DNA of 64,000 nucleotides from Mobula hypostoma (taxonomy: Eukaryota), in contig NC_086097.1 in the NCBI RefSeq assembly GCF_963921235.1, forward strand, positions 26,290,001 through 26,354,000, given 5' to 3'. The translations under genes were made by a program, and so were the position numbers. The notes beneath the pieces were generated by a model that was given only the letters and a program-made list of their open reading frames with translations, had not been told where the DNA came from and ran no database searches. This document shows, one piece after another, positions 50,491-63,184 of this stretch; position 1 is the first letter of the stretch, and each line of letters begins with the position of its first letter.

Positions 50491-51263
50491 TTCAGTCACT
50501 GCACTGCACTTCAAGCCACTTTTTATAATGCTGTTTACATTGTAAATACATACTGGAATTTCTGTACAATTTATTCCATATCTCTACTTTAACAACTTTA
50601 TTATTACATAATTCTTTACTCTTATAATTGTTGAATGATTTTTTTTGTGTTGCCTGTCACACCAACACACCACAGCAAATTCCTGAACACAAGAAATGCT
50701 GGAAATCCTGAGTAACACACATAACATGCTGGAGGAACTCAGGAACTTAATAAAACTCATAATTCCTGATAAAGGATCTTGGCCCAAATTGTCGACTGTT
50801 TATTCCTCTCCATAGATGCTACCTGGCCTGCAGTGTGCCCCAGCATTTTGTGTGTTACAGTAAATTCCTAATACATATAAATGCATATGGTGAATAAAGT
50901 CGATCCTTGAGTTCAGACTATTAATAGTCAAACAATGTGCATATAAACAATTACAACCACAGCCAAGTTTCTGGTTGCCACGAGGCCTGTACAAGGCAAA
51001 AACTACAATGCCTTCAAAGGAGGACTCTGAACTCAGTTCACTCTCAGCCCAAAGTAAGGTGTACACGTTCAGCGGCTGACTCCGTAGGAACTAAATGGCG
51101 TTGTCTCTCCTAGAGTTAACATCGCACTTCAATGACAGCATTGCCAAAGGCCATCGACCACATCACAAGTACATTACATATCAGATGATACCACTCCAAT
51201 TGGCAGAGGGTGAAACAGATCAGTGTTACGACTGGCTTCAAAGTACATAAACGTCACCATACA

Positions 51264-52040
51264 CAGTGGATTCCAGTTAATTGGGGCACATCAGGGCCAG
51301 TATATTTTGGTCCAGTTAAGTAGCTGCCCAAATAGCTGATGATTTATAGAAATAGTTAAAGGTATATAAAAAAAGACATGCTACCATTTAACTGAGTAAC
51401 AATTTATGTATTTAAAGGAAAGACAGAACAAATTGGAACACTGTCAATATGTCTACTGTATTATAAAACTGTGTATTAGTCCCTAATAGTTATCTACGGA
51501 GGAATTTATCTGCCGTCTTCTTTTGATTGACTATAAATGAACAAAATCAGTGCAGACACCTAATGCAGGTAATGGATTGCTTTTATACAATGCTTTCAAC
51601 AATTGCATCCACCAGACTGCATTGTAACGTTGTCAATACTTTCAAATGGTCTGTTGTTAAAGTAGTGAAATCACTTCATTTTCACTCTTGGCCGTTTCTG
51701 GCATCTACAAGCCTGAATGCTTGGAACCGTGTTAAGCAAGCCAATTCCAAATTGTTGTAACTGCTTATCTCTTGCCAACTATCAGTGACAAAAATCAGTG
51801 CTTTTTGAACACAAATGTACACAACTGCTGCTGATCAGTCTAAGCACAGTGCAGCATCTAACAACCATGCAAGTTCACGTGACTGGCACTAGTTAGAAAC
51901 TGTTCAGCAACAGTCTCCTGCCCCAATTAAGCAGCAGAGTGTCCCAAATAAATGAAGGGAATCCCAGCTATTTTCTCAATTTAGTTTTTGTTCTTTAAGA
52001 GTTGTCCCAAATATTTGGCTACCCCAATTAACAGATGGCC
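51264..52040 (-). mobile_element. Tigger-type MITE, second copy
   Basis: cagtggattccagttaattggg terminus; homologous to 43777-44494. Confidence 0.8.
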
Positions 52041-53350
52041 ACTACCTTGAGATTCATTTTCTTGCAGGCACTTACAGGAAAATAAAAGAAATACAAAGAA
52101 TTTACACAAAACTATAAATAACAAAGACTGACAAACAACCAATGTGCAAAACAAAACAGACAACCAATGTAATTCCAATTCATTTACAATTTCATCAATG
52201 AAAGAGCAAGTGGTAATTGCTCATTTGCCTGATCACTGAGTAACATGACTTTAGACAGGACTGGAAAAAAAATTGTAATTCATATAATGGGAACTTTATG
52301 AATCTTCTTCAAGGCCACCGAACAGTGGAGTAATTTGGATAATGATACGTAAATTGTGATAAGAGGGCACAGAGATTAATTGTAACAGTGTTCCTGTGAA
52401 TATAATTCAATCTGGGCAAAATGGCAAAAGGTTAAATAAAATTAAAGCCTCTTTATCTAAATAGACAAAATAGTGCCACAAGATAGACGTTCCAACTGCG
52501 CGAAGGACAAGGTTAAGCAAACATCTTCAACTCTCACATGGCAGGAATTTTCGTAAACAGTTTAACCACACAGCCATCACATGATCTACAGTTTCAGGAA
52601 ATTCTCAGACCCAATCCATGATCGACATCCTTAATGTTCAGACATACTGTGTGGGCACTGTCCATGCAGCCTTATCTCCTGGAAACAGAAATCACCTAAT
52701 TTGCTGACAGAACATACGGTATGTCTTTAAACTTTGAGAGCATTTGCAGTATCTTTGTGTCTAGGATTAGCTGCTCCACTGCAAAGTATCTTCAACATGT
52801 GCCTACCCTGAAGAAGTTTAAATCTTCTCTTTGACAGGAGCTTAGTGAGACCCTCTCTCACCGCTCCCTCTGTGATCTTTGGTGTTCTCCAACTCTTCGA
52901 CCAAGTGCTCATTCCCACTCATTACCACAGCCACCTAACACCTCCCTCTGATGCCCCATTCCTTCCCTTTCTTCCATGGTCCACTATCCTCTTCTATTAG
53001 ATTACTTCTTCAGCTCTTTACCTCTTCCATTTACCACCTGCCAGCTTCTTACATGATTTTCCAGCAGTTTGTGTGTTACTCTGGATTTCCAGCATCTGCA
53101 GAATCTAATGTGTTTGGGAGAAATGGACCAGGTTTGGCTCCTTTCTTCTCTTAACAACCTGGTGATACTTGCCATCAACAGCTGTGCATGAACAATAGTC
53201 ACTGGAGTGATGTACAGTAGAAATATACCATGAAGTAGCTTTGGTACAGAGGTAGGGGAAAAGGGCAAGAATAATGGAAAGTTTTCAAGTTAAGGAACTG
53301 ATGATTTTTCAAAATTCATGAAAAAAATTAGAAAAATGTTGGAGAAGTTT

Positions 53351-54386
53351 TTTTTCTTTTTTTCTTTCTTTTATAATTTTTTAATTTTTATTTTTATTGA
53401 AGGAATGACACAATACAGAATATATAATGGATTACATTTTCCTCCATTTTGCTTTAGTATCGTACCCCCAAAACAAACCTCCCCCCCACCCGCCCTCCCC
53501 GAACATATCATGGCAGCTAATATATCTAAAACACAACAATTCACAAATACAAGTACGGACAGTTCACAACCGTACCCCCACACTACTTCAATACGACAGC
53601 TCATACACATCTGCAACATGTCAGATAATCCAAAATACACTCATATTTACAATTCATCAACCACCCTGTGAGGTAAATTATAAGTGTGTTAAATGGGAGG
53701 CAACTTCCTAAGTACAATCAAATGCCCTCAACTAGTAGGTAATTCCTTAAGACTCCCAAAATATGATAAGAAAGGTCCCCATTTCGAATAGAACTTTTTC
53801 ACAGACCCCCTCAAAGTGAATTTAATCTTTTCTAATTTCAGAAAAAACATTACATCTTCTAACCAAGCAGCAGCAGTTGGGGGAGTGGCAGATTTCCAAA
53901 CCAGCAAAATTCTCCTACGGGCCAATAGCGATGTAAATGCAATGATATCCGACTGGCTTGCATTTAAACCCAACTCATCATCTGCCACACCAAATACAGC
54001 TATAAGCGGGCAAGGTCTCAGTGTCACCCCCAAAACCTCACTGATAATTTTAAAAACCAGTGCCCAATAGTCATCAAGCCGAGGGCATGACCAAAATGCA
54101 TGTATTAAACCAGCCGGAGAGAAGGAACACCTGTCACAGCCAGCGTCTGTCCCAGGGTATATGTCTGCCAGTCTGGCTTTACTTAAATGTACCCTGTGTA
54201 AAACTTTGAATTGTATGAGCGCCAGTCTAGCACATGATGATGAGAAATGAACCCTATTCAATACTTTTGCCCAATATTCTTCCGCAAGGTCCATACCGAG
54301 GTCGTCCTCCCACCTACTCTTAAGTTTTGTTTAGATCTTGAACTCCCAAAGACATCAGCTGAGAGTATAGTTCAGAAATCAGCCCC
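53351..54386 (-). mobile_element. 5'-truncated young L1 (ORF2 C-terminus, 3' UTR, A-rich tail)
   Basis: ORF 53728-54294: LIQFKVLHR...CDRC.....LIHAFWSCP (CCHC); 16-bp TSD aatgttggagaagttt at 53335-53350 and 54387-54402. Confidence 0.95.
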
Positions 54387-54628
54387 AATGTTGGAGAAGT
54401 TTAAGGGGTTTGCACGTCATCATGGGCCAAAGGGCCTGTACTGTGCAGTACTATTCTGTTCTAAGAACCCTTTACTTTACAAACTACTTTGTCCTGGACT
54501 TTGCACCTTATTGACTGCCTGCACTGTTCTCTGTAACTCTAATGATTTAACACTATATTCTGCATACTGTTATTGATTTTCCTTTGTACTACCCCAATTT
54601 ACTAATGCTTTAAGAGAGTGTATTGTTG

Positions 54629-54962
54629 TCCCTCCAAGAGGACCATAACCTTGTCACGGCTTGGAGGCTTGCGTGCCTCAGTGATCCAGAGAGCTCTGTT
54701 GGCTTGAGTCAGGGCATTATGTTTTGGTTCTTGGTAGAATCACCCATGCCAGACAGGTCAAAGGGTAGAGGTCAGGCAAAGAGTGGTCCACTGGTCCTCC
54801 AGGTTTGGGTGTTCAGCTCAGGGCTAACAACCCTGACTGGTAAAACAAAGCTGTTATGGAAAAAGCAATGAAAAGTCCTTCTACATCTGAGTGGCCAAAG
54901 ACAGACAGATATGAAGCACCTTCATTGCTTCCCTATTGCACAGGTATTAGGGGCAGAAGTAA
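54629..54962 (+). mobile_element. Bipartite RTE-derived non-autonomous element
   Basis: RTE 5'-UTR motifs ccttgtc..ggaggcttgcgtgcctca.tga and ggtcctccaggtt..gggctaacaaccc; aagtaa tail; TSD gtattgttg at 54620-54628 and 54963-54971. Confidence 0.72.
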
Positions 54963-55721
54963 GTATTGTTGGCAATGCAGAATAAAGCTTTTCCACAGTA
55001 TAAACCAATTACCAAGTTCTGTAAGCACAAAAGCATATATTCAGGTTAGTTGTGAAGCAACTCATTTGGACTGATTTTTACGCAGCTTTACAGCTGATTA
55101 CTGTGGAGTGACAGGAGGCCCTCAGCCACAGCTATTCCTCATTAAATATTGCCAGTGTTGCACCAAGCTTTAGCATGGCCCTCTGCAAATGGTCCAAGTG
55201 TCCTTCAATGCGACAATGCAAAATTTGGTGATATACCCCTCTAATTCCCTATTTCTTTCTTAACATTGTAAGGAAGAGAAATTTCTTGATATTCTCCGAA
55301 ATTGCTTTCAACCCATGCAAAGAAAAGTTTAAGTCCCTCTGTGTTCAGTGGGGTCTCCGGTTTCATGTTCAGCTTACATACAGTGGCATGCAAAAGTTTG
55401 GGCACCCCCGTTCAAAGTTTCTGTTACTGTGAATAGTTAAGTGAATAGAAGATGAACTGATCTCCAAAAGTCATAAAGTTAAATATGAAACATTCTTTTC
55501 AACATTTTAAGCAGGACGAGTGTATTATTTTTGTTTTGTACAATTTTAGAGTGAAAAAAAAGGAAAGGAGCACCATGCAAAAGTTTGGGCACCCCAAGAG
55601 ATTTGAGCTCTCAGGGAACTTTTACCAAGGTCTCAGACCTTAATTAGCTTGTTAGGGCTGTGGCTTGTTCACAATCATCATTAGGAAAGGCCAGGTGATG
55701 CAAATTTCAAAGCTTTATAAA

Positions 55722-56254
55722 CAGGATTGCCAACTTTCTCACTCCCAAATAAGGGACAAAAGCAGCAGTCAAATACGGGACACTTGTGTTTACCCCGAGA
55801 AAGACTAGCATGACCATGAAGACTTGTGCAGGCACCTGTGTGTGCATGCATGGTGTGCGCATGTATGTACGTGCCGATTTTTTCTACAAATTGGTTTTGG
55901 CTTAATCTTCCAGATTCTGATACACTGTACATACATTATTTCTACTTTATATAGGCTGTGTATTTATCATATCATTCCTGCTTTTACTATATATTAGTGT
56001 TATTTTAGGTTTTATGTGTTATTGGTATGATTTGGCAGGTTATTTTTTGGGTCTGGGAACACTCAAAAATTTTTCCCATATAAGTTAATGGTAATTGCTT
56101 CTGCGCTTTACACCATTTCGGCTTACGGACGGTTTCATAGGAACGCTCTACCTTAGCGGGGTAAATACAGGAGAAGGGTGGTCCCGTATGGGACAAACCA
56201 ATTTAGCCCAATATACAAGATGTCCTGGCTAATACGGGACAGTTGACAACCCTG
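55722..56254. mobile_element. hAT-type MITE, copy 2, nested in the Tc1 element
   Basis: TIR caggattgccaac...gttgacaaccctg; perfect 8-bp TSD tttataaa at 55714-55721 and 56255-56262. Confidence 0.92.
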
Positions 56255-56302
56255 TTTATAAACACCCTGACCCCTCAAACCTTATACCAACAATCAGCAG
56301 CC

Positions 56303-57321
56303 ATGGGCTCCTCTAAGCAGCTGCTGAGCACTCTGAAATTAAAATAAATGATGCCCACAAAGCAGGAGAAGGTTATAAGAAGATAGCAAAGCGTTTTCAG
56401 GTCGTCATTTCCTCAGTTCGTAATGTAATTAAAAATGGCAGTTAACAGGAACGGTGGAGGTCAAGTTGAGGTCTGGAAGACCAAGAAAACTTTCCAACAG
56501 AACTGCTCGTAGGATTGCTAGAAAGGCAAATCAAAACCCCCGTTTGACTGCAAAAGACCTTCAGGAAGATTTAGCAGACTCTGGCGTGGTGGTGCACTGT
56601 TCTACTGTGCAGCGACACCTGCACAAATATGACCTTCATGGAAGAGTCATCAGAAGAAAACCTTTCCTGTGTCCTCACCACAAAATTCAGCGTCAGAAGT
56701 TTGCAAAGAAACATCTAAACAAGCCTGATGCATTTTGGAAACAAGTCCTGTGGACTGATGAAGTTAAAATAGAACTTTCTGGCCGCAATGCGCAAAGGTA
56801 TGTTTGGAGAAAAAAGGGTGCAGATTTTCATGAAGAGAACACCTCTCCAACTGTTAAGCACAGGAGTGGATCGATCATGCTTTGGGCTTGTGTTGCAGTC
56901 AGTGGCAGGGGGAACATTTCACTGGTATAGGGAAGAATGGATTCAATTAAATACCAGCAAATTCCGGAAGCAAACATCACACCATCTGTAAAAAAGCTGA
57001 AGATGAAAAGAGGATGCTTCTACAACAGGATAATGATCCTAAACACACCTCAAAATCCACAATGGACTACCTCAAAAGGCGCAAGCTGAAGGTTTTGTCA
57101 TGGCCCTCCCAGTCCCCTGACCTGAACATCATCGGAAATCTGTGGATAGACCTCAAAAGAGCAGTGCATGCAAAACGGCCCAAGAATCTCACAGAACTAG
57201 AAGGCTTTTGCAAGGAAGAATGGGTGAAAATCCCCCAAACAAGAATTGAAAGACTTTTAGCTGGCTACAGAAAGCGTTTACAAGCTGTGATACTGCCAAG
57301 AGAGGTGTTACTAAGTACTGA
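56303..57321 (+). pseudogene. Tc1 DD34E transposase pseudogene (frameshifts, a stop, catalytic E replaced by G)
   Basis: GRPRK, WTDE, QQDNDPKH, WPSQSPDLNII(G)NLW; 34 residues between the second D and the E position. Confidence 0.95.
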
Positions 57322-57544
57322 CCATTCAGGGTGCCCAAACTTTTGCTTCAGGCCCTTTTCCTTTTTTGTTATTTTGAAACTGTAAAAGATGGAAATAAAA
57401 AAGTAATCTTGCTTAAAATATTAAAGGAATGTGTCATCTTTAACCTTATGCCTTTTGGAAATCAGGTCACCTTCACTTAGCTATTCACAGTAACAGAAAT
57501 TTTGACCAGGGGTGCAGAAACTTTTACACACCACTGTACATTTC

Positions 57545-57980
57545 TTCTAGCTCTCTAGTATACAGAGAAAGAAAATGGAATGGCACTGTAGTGAGGGGAA
57601 AGATGGGTGAGCGGAGAGCGGTGGGGAATGAAGTAAGAAACTGGGAAGATAGTGCAAGAGATAAAGGGCTGAAGAAGAAGGAATTTGAGAGGAGAGAAGA
57701 ATAGACCTTGGAAGAAAGGGAAGAAGTTTAGCCACAGACACAAGAGAGACTGCAGATGCTGGAGAACTTGAATAACACACACAAAATGCTGGAGGAACTC
57801 TGCACATCATGCAGCATCTCTGGAGAGGAATGAACAGATGACATTTTAGACTGAGTCTCTAAAGGGGGCCGCCGCCCAATTTCTTTCCAGCCCTGATGAA
57901 GTGTCTCAGCCCAAAGCATGACTTTTTATTCTCCTCACAGATGCTGCCTAACATGCTGAGAACCCCCAGCATTGTGTGTG
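57545..57980. mobile_element. PLE remnants with hairpin
   Basis: Purine-rich reverse-complement UTR, inverted arms, cctgatgaagtgtctcagccc core. Confidence 0.7.
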
Positions 57981-59059
57981 TGGATCTAACCAAGAGTGTT
58001 CAATATGTCCGAAGAAAAGGCTCCAGAATAATTACAGATGCTACTAATAACTTTTCTTTCAGGATCATGAATACAAAATCAATTACTGTTAACATTCTTC
58101 TGAGAGACTATTTATTCTTGTGTATAGGTTGTCAAATTCCTGTTTGTGGAAATGTGGAGCAAGAGACAATAGTGCCATTTTCTTAGCAGTCTGACTGGCA
58201 GGAGGAGCAAAAACACTTAAATATCTATATAAAGGAAAGATTCTATCCAACAGCTCGACAGTTGTGAAAAAGACTCAGTTTGTCTGCTTTAATCACATGA
58301 CCCATTGAGGAATGGCGCTGTTGGGCCCTGGTGGGTCCAGGAAACACTGCTGAGCCAGAATAGGGAATGGAAAAAGAGAGAATGGAGAACAGGGAGAAGT
58401 TAAAGAAATTGATATTCATGTCATCAGGTTTGGAGGCTACCTAGACAGAAAATGAGGTGTTCTCAATTAAGTTGAAGCACCCTGTCTTCCGATGCATTTT
58501 CACTTGAGTTAATACAGCTCACTCACATCACATCTTCCAGCAAGCAAAGCAACAAAGGTAAATACAATCATAAAAAAATCAAAAACTACTGGACACATCT
58601 TGTAAAATTGTAAAATAAAAAATATTATTTGGAAGTTGACTACAAATCCAGTGCCCAAGCCAAAATTTTACCCTTTTTATTAGCTAGAGAAAATCAGCAC
58701 GACGTCTTTTTTTTGAGTTGAACATCTCTGCTTTTATAATTAACCTGCTGAATAAATCTAATGAAATACTGAAGTAAGTTCATCTGCAGTTGGTCAAAAG
58801 TCTTATACACAGCTGTTTCCTAGTTTAGAAAAAACAGAACAAGGTAAATTTCTATTTTCATTTATGTACAACAGATATGCCAGTTTAGCAGCATATTGAG
58901 GAGATGTAAGCTATTTTTTTTCTGCTAATACAATGATCCCAGTAATTCAATTGTCAATGAACACTCCAGGAATACTTCAGAAGTTTATTGTTTTTAAAGA
59001 ACTGCTATTCATTTTTGTATACATGCTCTTAACTATCCAGTAGTCTGTAGTTTTTGTAT

Positions 59060-59725
59060 CACACACAAAATATTAGAGGAACTCAGAAGGTCAGGGAGCA
59101 TCTATGCAGGGGAATCAACAGTTGACATTTTGGACTGAGACCCTTCATCAGGAAAGGAAGGGGAAAGGTGAGCTGGGGGAGGAGGAGTACAAGCTAGCAG
59201 GTGATAGGTGAAGTCAGTGGGGGGAAGATGAGTGGGTATAGGGAAGAAGATAAGTAAAAAAAAACTGGGTGACTGGTGGAAAAGATAAAGAGCTGAAGAA
59301 GAAGGCATCTGATAGGAGAGTGGACCATGGGAGAAAGGGAAAGAGGAGGGGCACAAGAGGGAGGTGATAGGCAGGTGAGGAGAAGAAAAGGGGTGAGAAG
59401 GGAGCCAGAATGGGCTGAAGGTAATGGCCATCTCTGATGGCTACATGAAGCTGAGAATAGTCGAGAAACCTAATGTAAAGAGCATTATTCTAGGAAATGC
59501 AAATTATCAATGGTCTTGCTTGCAGTGCCGTTTTGTAGCTGACACTGAAGAAGGAGGTGGTAGACAAGTGAGGAGAAGAGAATGGGGAATGGAAAAAGAG
59601 GGATGGTGACGGGAAGAGAAATCTGATATTCTTGCTGTCAGTTTGGAGGCTACCCAAATGGCTTATGAGGTATTCCCCCTCCGACATGAGAGAGGCCTCA
59701 TTGTGGTGGAAGAGGAGGCCATGGT
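59060..59725 (-). mobile_element. Penelope-like element 3' fragments
   Basis: EYLISHLGSLQTD..NI (GIY-YIG end); minus-strand cctgatgaagggtctcagtccaaaatgtc core. Confidence 0.8.
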
Positions 59726-59992
59726 TTTTGTATAATCCACACGCCATGTAATAATATTTATTGGCATAAAGAGGCCCAAAATCCCAAGATGAACAAATTT
59801 TTATTGTATCTTGCGTCAAGCAGCATCATGTTGCATAGTTTGATTAGTCCCTTGTGTGGACTACTTCAGAGTTAATTGCTTCCCAGAATAATCTGACATC
59901 ACATTTTTCATTTCATTAGATCTTACGTGTCTAATTGCTGAACATTTTACTACAAATAGGCTTTGTCATCATTCCTCTCTTGAAGATACAGA

Positions 59993-61895
59993 CCAGCACG
60001 GTAATGTAGTGGTCAGCAGCACACTTTTTGTAAGGAAGTTTTCCCCGTGACCCTGCGGGTTTCCTCCCACATTCCAAAGATTAGGGGTAAGGTTAGAGTT
60101 AGTGAACTGCGGCCATGCTACAATGGCGCCAGAAGCATGGTGACACTTGCGGGCTGCCCCCAGCACAATCCTCGCTGATTTGACTTGACACCAGTGACAC
60201 ATTTCCCTCTATGTTTCGATGTCATCACCATCATCAGGTGCCGTGCCCAGTTTGAGCTTTGACTGGCATGGCCCACACACTCCTGTTTCGGGTCAAGTGG
60301 ATCAATTCATTGGTATTCATTTCCAGTTCTCTGGCTGCTGTCTCCATCATCATTTGTCTTTGTCTTCCTCTTGCTTTCTTCCCTTCAATCTTTCCCATAA
60401 TTATCGTGCACTCTAACTCCTCTTTCCTAATTACATGTCTAATGAAGTTACATTGCTTTTTCATGATCTCATATATTATTTCTCTTTTTGTATTTGACAT
60501 CCTCATTAGATATTCGTTTCGTCCATGATATTCTTTGCATCCTCCTCAAAAACCACATCTCTGCTGCTACAATCCGTTTCCTCATGTTACTAGATATTGT
60601 CCAACATTCTGAGCCATAAAACATAACTGAATAAACGTAACATTTCAGTACTCTGAGGCGGGTTGTCATGCCTAGTTTAGTATTGGTCAGTATACTCTTC
60701 ATTCTTGTAAAGGTGTCTTTTGCCATCCCTATTCTTCTTTTGATGTTCATGTCACACCTGCCATCTGACGTTACCCAGCTTCCAAAGTAGCAAAAGTTCT
60801 GTACTTGTTTTATGTCTTCCCTGTTTATTCTCAGCCTACAGATAGGATTCACCTGCTTTTTGGATATCATCATGCATTGTCTTTTTGCAATTGATAGCTA
60901 GACCCATTTTTGCACTTTCTTCAACAACTATATCAATTAAGTTGTGTAGTTCTTCCTCCTTACTTGCAATTAACACAGTGTTATTCGTATATTTGAAATT
61001 ATTGATGTTTTTACCACCAACTTTGATTCCAAAGATGTCTCTTACTTTTTGTAATATTGTTTCACTGTACACATTAAATAAATCAGGGGAGAAAACACAC
61101 CCTTGTCTAACGCCTCTCTTGATTTTCGTAAACTGACTCACTTCTCCATTTATTCTTACAGCGGCAGTTTGTTCCCAGTACAGATTTCTGATTAGGCAGA
61201 GGTCTTTTGAATCTAGATCTAGAGTTTCCTGTAATACTTCAAATAACTTATTGTGCTTCACTTTATCAAATGCTTTTGTGTAGTGGATAAAACAAACAAT
61301 TTTTTTTGCACTTGAATAGCTCGTTCTGATAGTATCCTTAACATCAATATTGCGTTTCTTGTACCTTTGCCTTTCACAAAACCACATTGTTCTTTACCTA
61401 TCTCAGCTTGTATCTTACTTTTAGCTCTTGTCATCAAAATTCTTAGAAGTATCTTGGTGATATGACTCATTAAACTTATGGTCCTATGTAATTCACATTC
61501 TATTACTCCAGGTTTCTTAGGAAGAGTGATAAATACTGATTTTATATATCACTGGTAAAAAGCTCCTCTGTTTTTCAGGTGGATGTTTGAAAGCAAAGGA
61601 CGGTACCATTATCATGGAAAAAGGTGAGATTATGAACAAATGGACTGAGTATATTCAGGAATTGTTTGGAGACGATCGAGGCAAAAAAAAACAGAAATTA
61701 AGATGAACATTGAAGGTCCAAGTACTGTATTTTAAAATCTGAAGTTCGTAATGCAATAAATAAGATGAAGGAAAGGAAGCAGGTCCTGAAGAATTAGTAA
61801 TTGAACAAATTATCACCCTTGAAGATTATGGAATTGAAAAACTTACTGATATAATCAATGTTTCGATGTACATGAGACAAATAAAGCTAAACTTC
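59993..61895 (+). mobile_element. V-type SINE split by the RTE insertion
   Basis: Head and V-domain at 59993-60222; tail acatgagacaaataaagctaa resumes at 61870. Confidence 0.85.
60223..61857 (-). mobile_element. RTE-clade LINE with an inverted 5' segment
   Basis: CFI.Y.KAFDKV, GVRQGCVFSPDLFNVYSE, YGSECWT, GKIEGKKARGRQR; (GAT)n tail; 12-bp TSD atgtttcgatgt at 60211-60222 and 61858-61869. Confidence 0.95.
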
Positions 61896-62064
61896 CTATA
61901 TTTCTTTCTAGACTCTTACAATGGGCACTCAAAATAAAATGCATGTTCTTTTGCTGATTTGAGAAATATATCTTCCCTTGTGTCAGTATCAGCAGAAACA
62001 ATATAATTAGTCACTCACTTCATTTGGTGCTTGTGGAGTCTGAGAAACAGCAATCCGGCATCTA

Positions 62065-62575
62065 GATAGAGGATGTCAGTGGGAGAGTCTAGGGCCAGAG
62101 GGCATGGCCTCAGAATAGAATGACATCCCTTTAGAACAGAGATTAGAAGGAATTCTTTTAGTCAGAAGGCAGTAAATCACAGATGGCTGTGAAGGCCAAG
62201 TCACTGGGTATATTTAAAACGGAAACTGATAGGTTCTTGATTGGTAAGGGTGTCAAGAGGTTATGGGGAGAAGGCAGGTGAATGGGGTTGAGAGGGATAA
62301 TAAGGACTCTGTATGTCCTCCCTGGAATGCATGGGTTTCCTCTGGGTCCTCTGGTTTCCTCCCACAGTCCAAAGATGTGCTGGCTAGGTTAATTGTAAAT
62401 GGTCCCATAATTAGGCTAGGGTCAAATTGGGGTTGTTTGGGGTTCTCGAAGGGTCAGGAGGACCTATTCCGTGTTGTATCTCTAAATAAATAACTTAGTA
62501 AATCGGCCACAATGGAATGGCAAAGCAGACTCAACAGGCTGAATGTCCTAGTTTGCTCCTATGTCTTTGGGTCTT
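62065..62575 (+). mobile_element. CR1 3' end interrupted by a V-SINE fragment (~62305-62495)
   Basis: CR1 3' sequence on both sides of gggtttcctctgggtcctctggtttcctcccacagtccaaaga. Confidence 0.8.
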
Positions 62576-63184
62576 CATTCTGCACTGTTACTGTTTTATC
62601 TCATTCTACCTCAATGCACTGTGCAATGATTTCATTTATATGAACAGCATGCAAGACAAGCACACCGTACCCTGGTACATGTGACAATAAACCAAATCCA
62701 ATACCACATTTTGTACTTTTAAAGCCATGATCACACATTCATATTTTGAGTTTATGGTGATCACAGCATGCTTCATGAGAAAAAGTTTCAACAACTGTGG
62801 GCGATTTTCAAATTAATCTTGCTTAGGCATATAAACAGGCCACGGCCCACAACTGTCGGATAATCATTGATACCCATTATATTTAACTGAGAGGATAGTG
62901 GCTCTCCTAAGAACGATAACAATGATGGAAGCAGCACTATCAGCATTGGTGACCATGGACAAGGTTGGAAATGTAAGACCAATCAATTTGCTCCAATTGC
63001 AATTAGCTACAATTGTTAATTTTAGTACTACATTCATTCATTCATTACTGACACATTAGCAGGAAAGTAATCTTACAGCTAAGAGCCAAGTTCAACATTT
63101 ACAGTTTAAAGGCCATATCTTATATTATTGAAAATTCCAATATTACCCAAGTAATCACACTTTGCATACAATTGTCCACATATA

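Larger units (their letters stand above)
55381..57536 (+). mobile_element. Full-length Tc1-family IR/DR transposon, inactive
   Basis: TA on both sides; imperfect IRs of ~210 bp, each with two caaaagtttgggcaccc direct repeats; transposase remnant inside. Confidence 0.96.

Noticed and set aside
14112..54386. The L1 5' piece and L1 3' piece as one split element
   Set aside because: They are in the wrong order for the minus strand and each has its own TSD.
54785..54845. HDV-like ribozyme in the RTE 5' UTR (gctaa motif)
   Set aside because: I could not build the nested double pseudoknot by eye; only a simple hairpin is evident.
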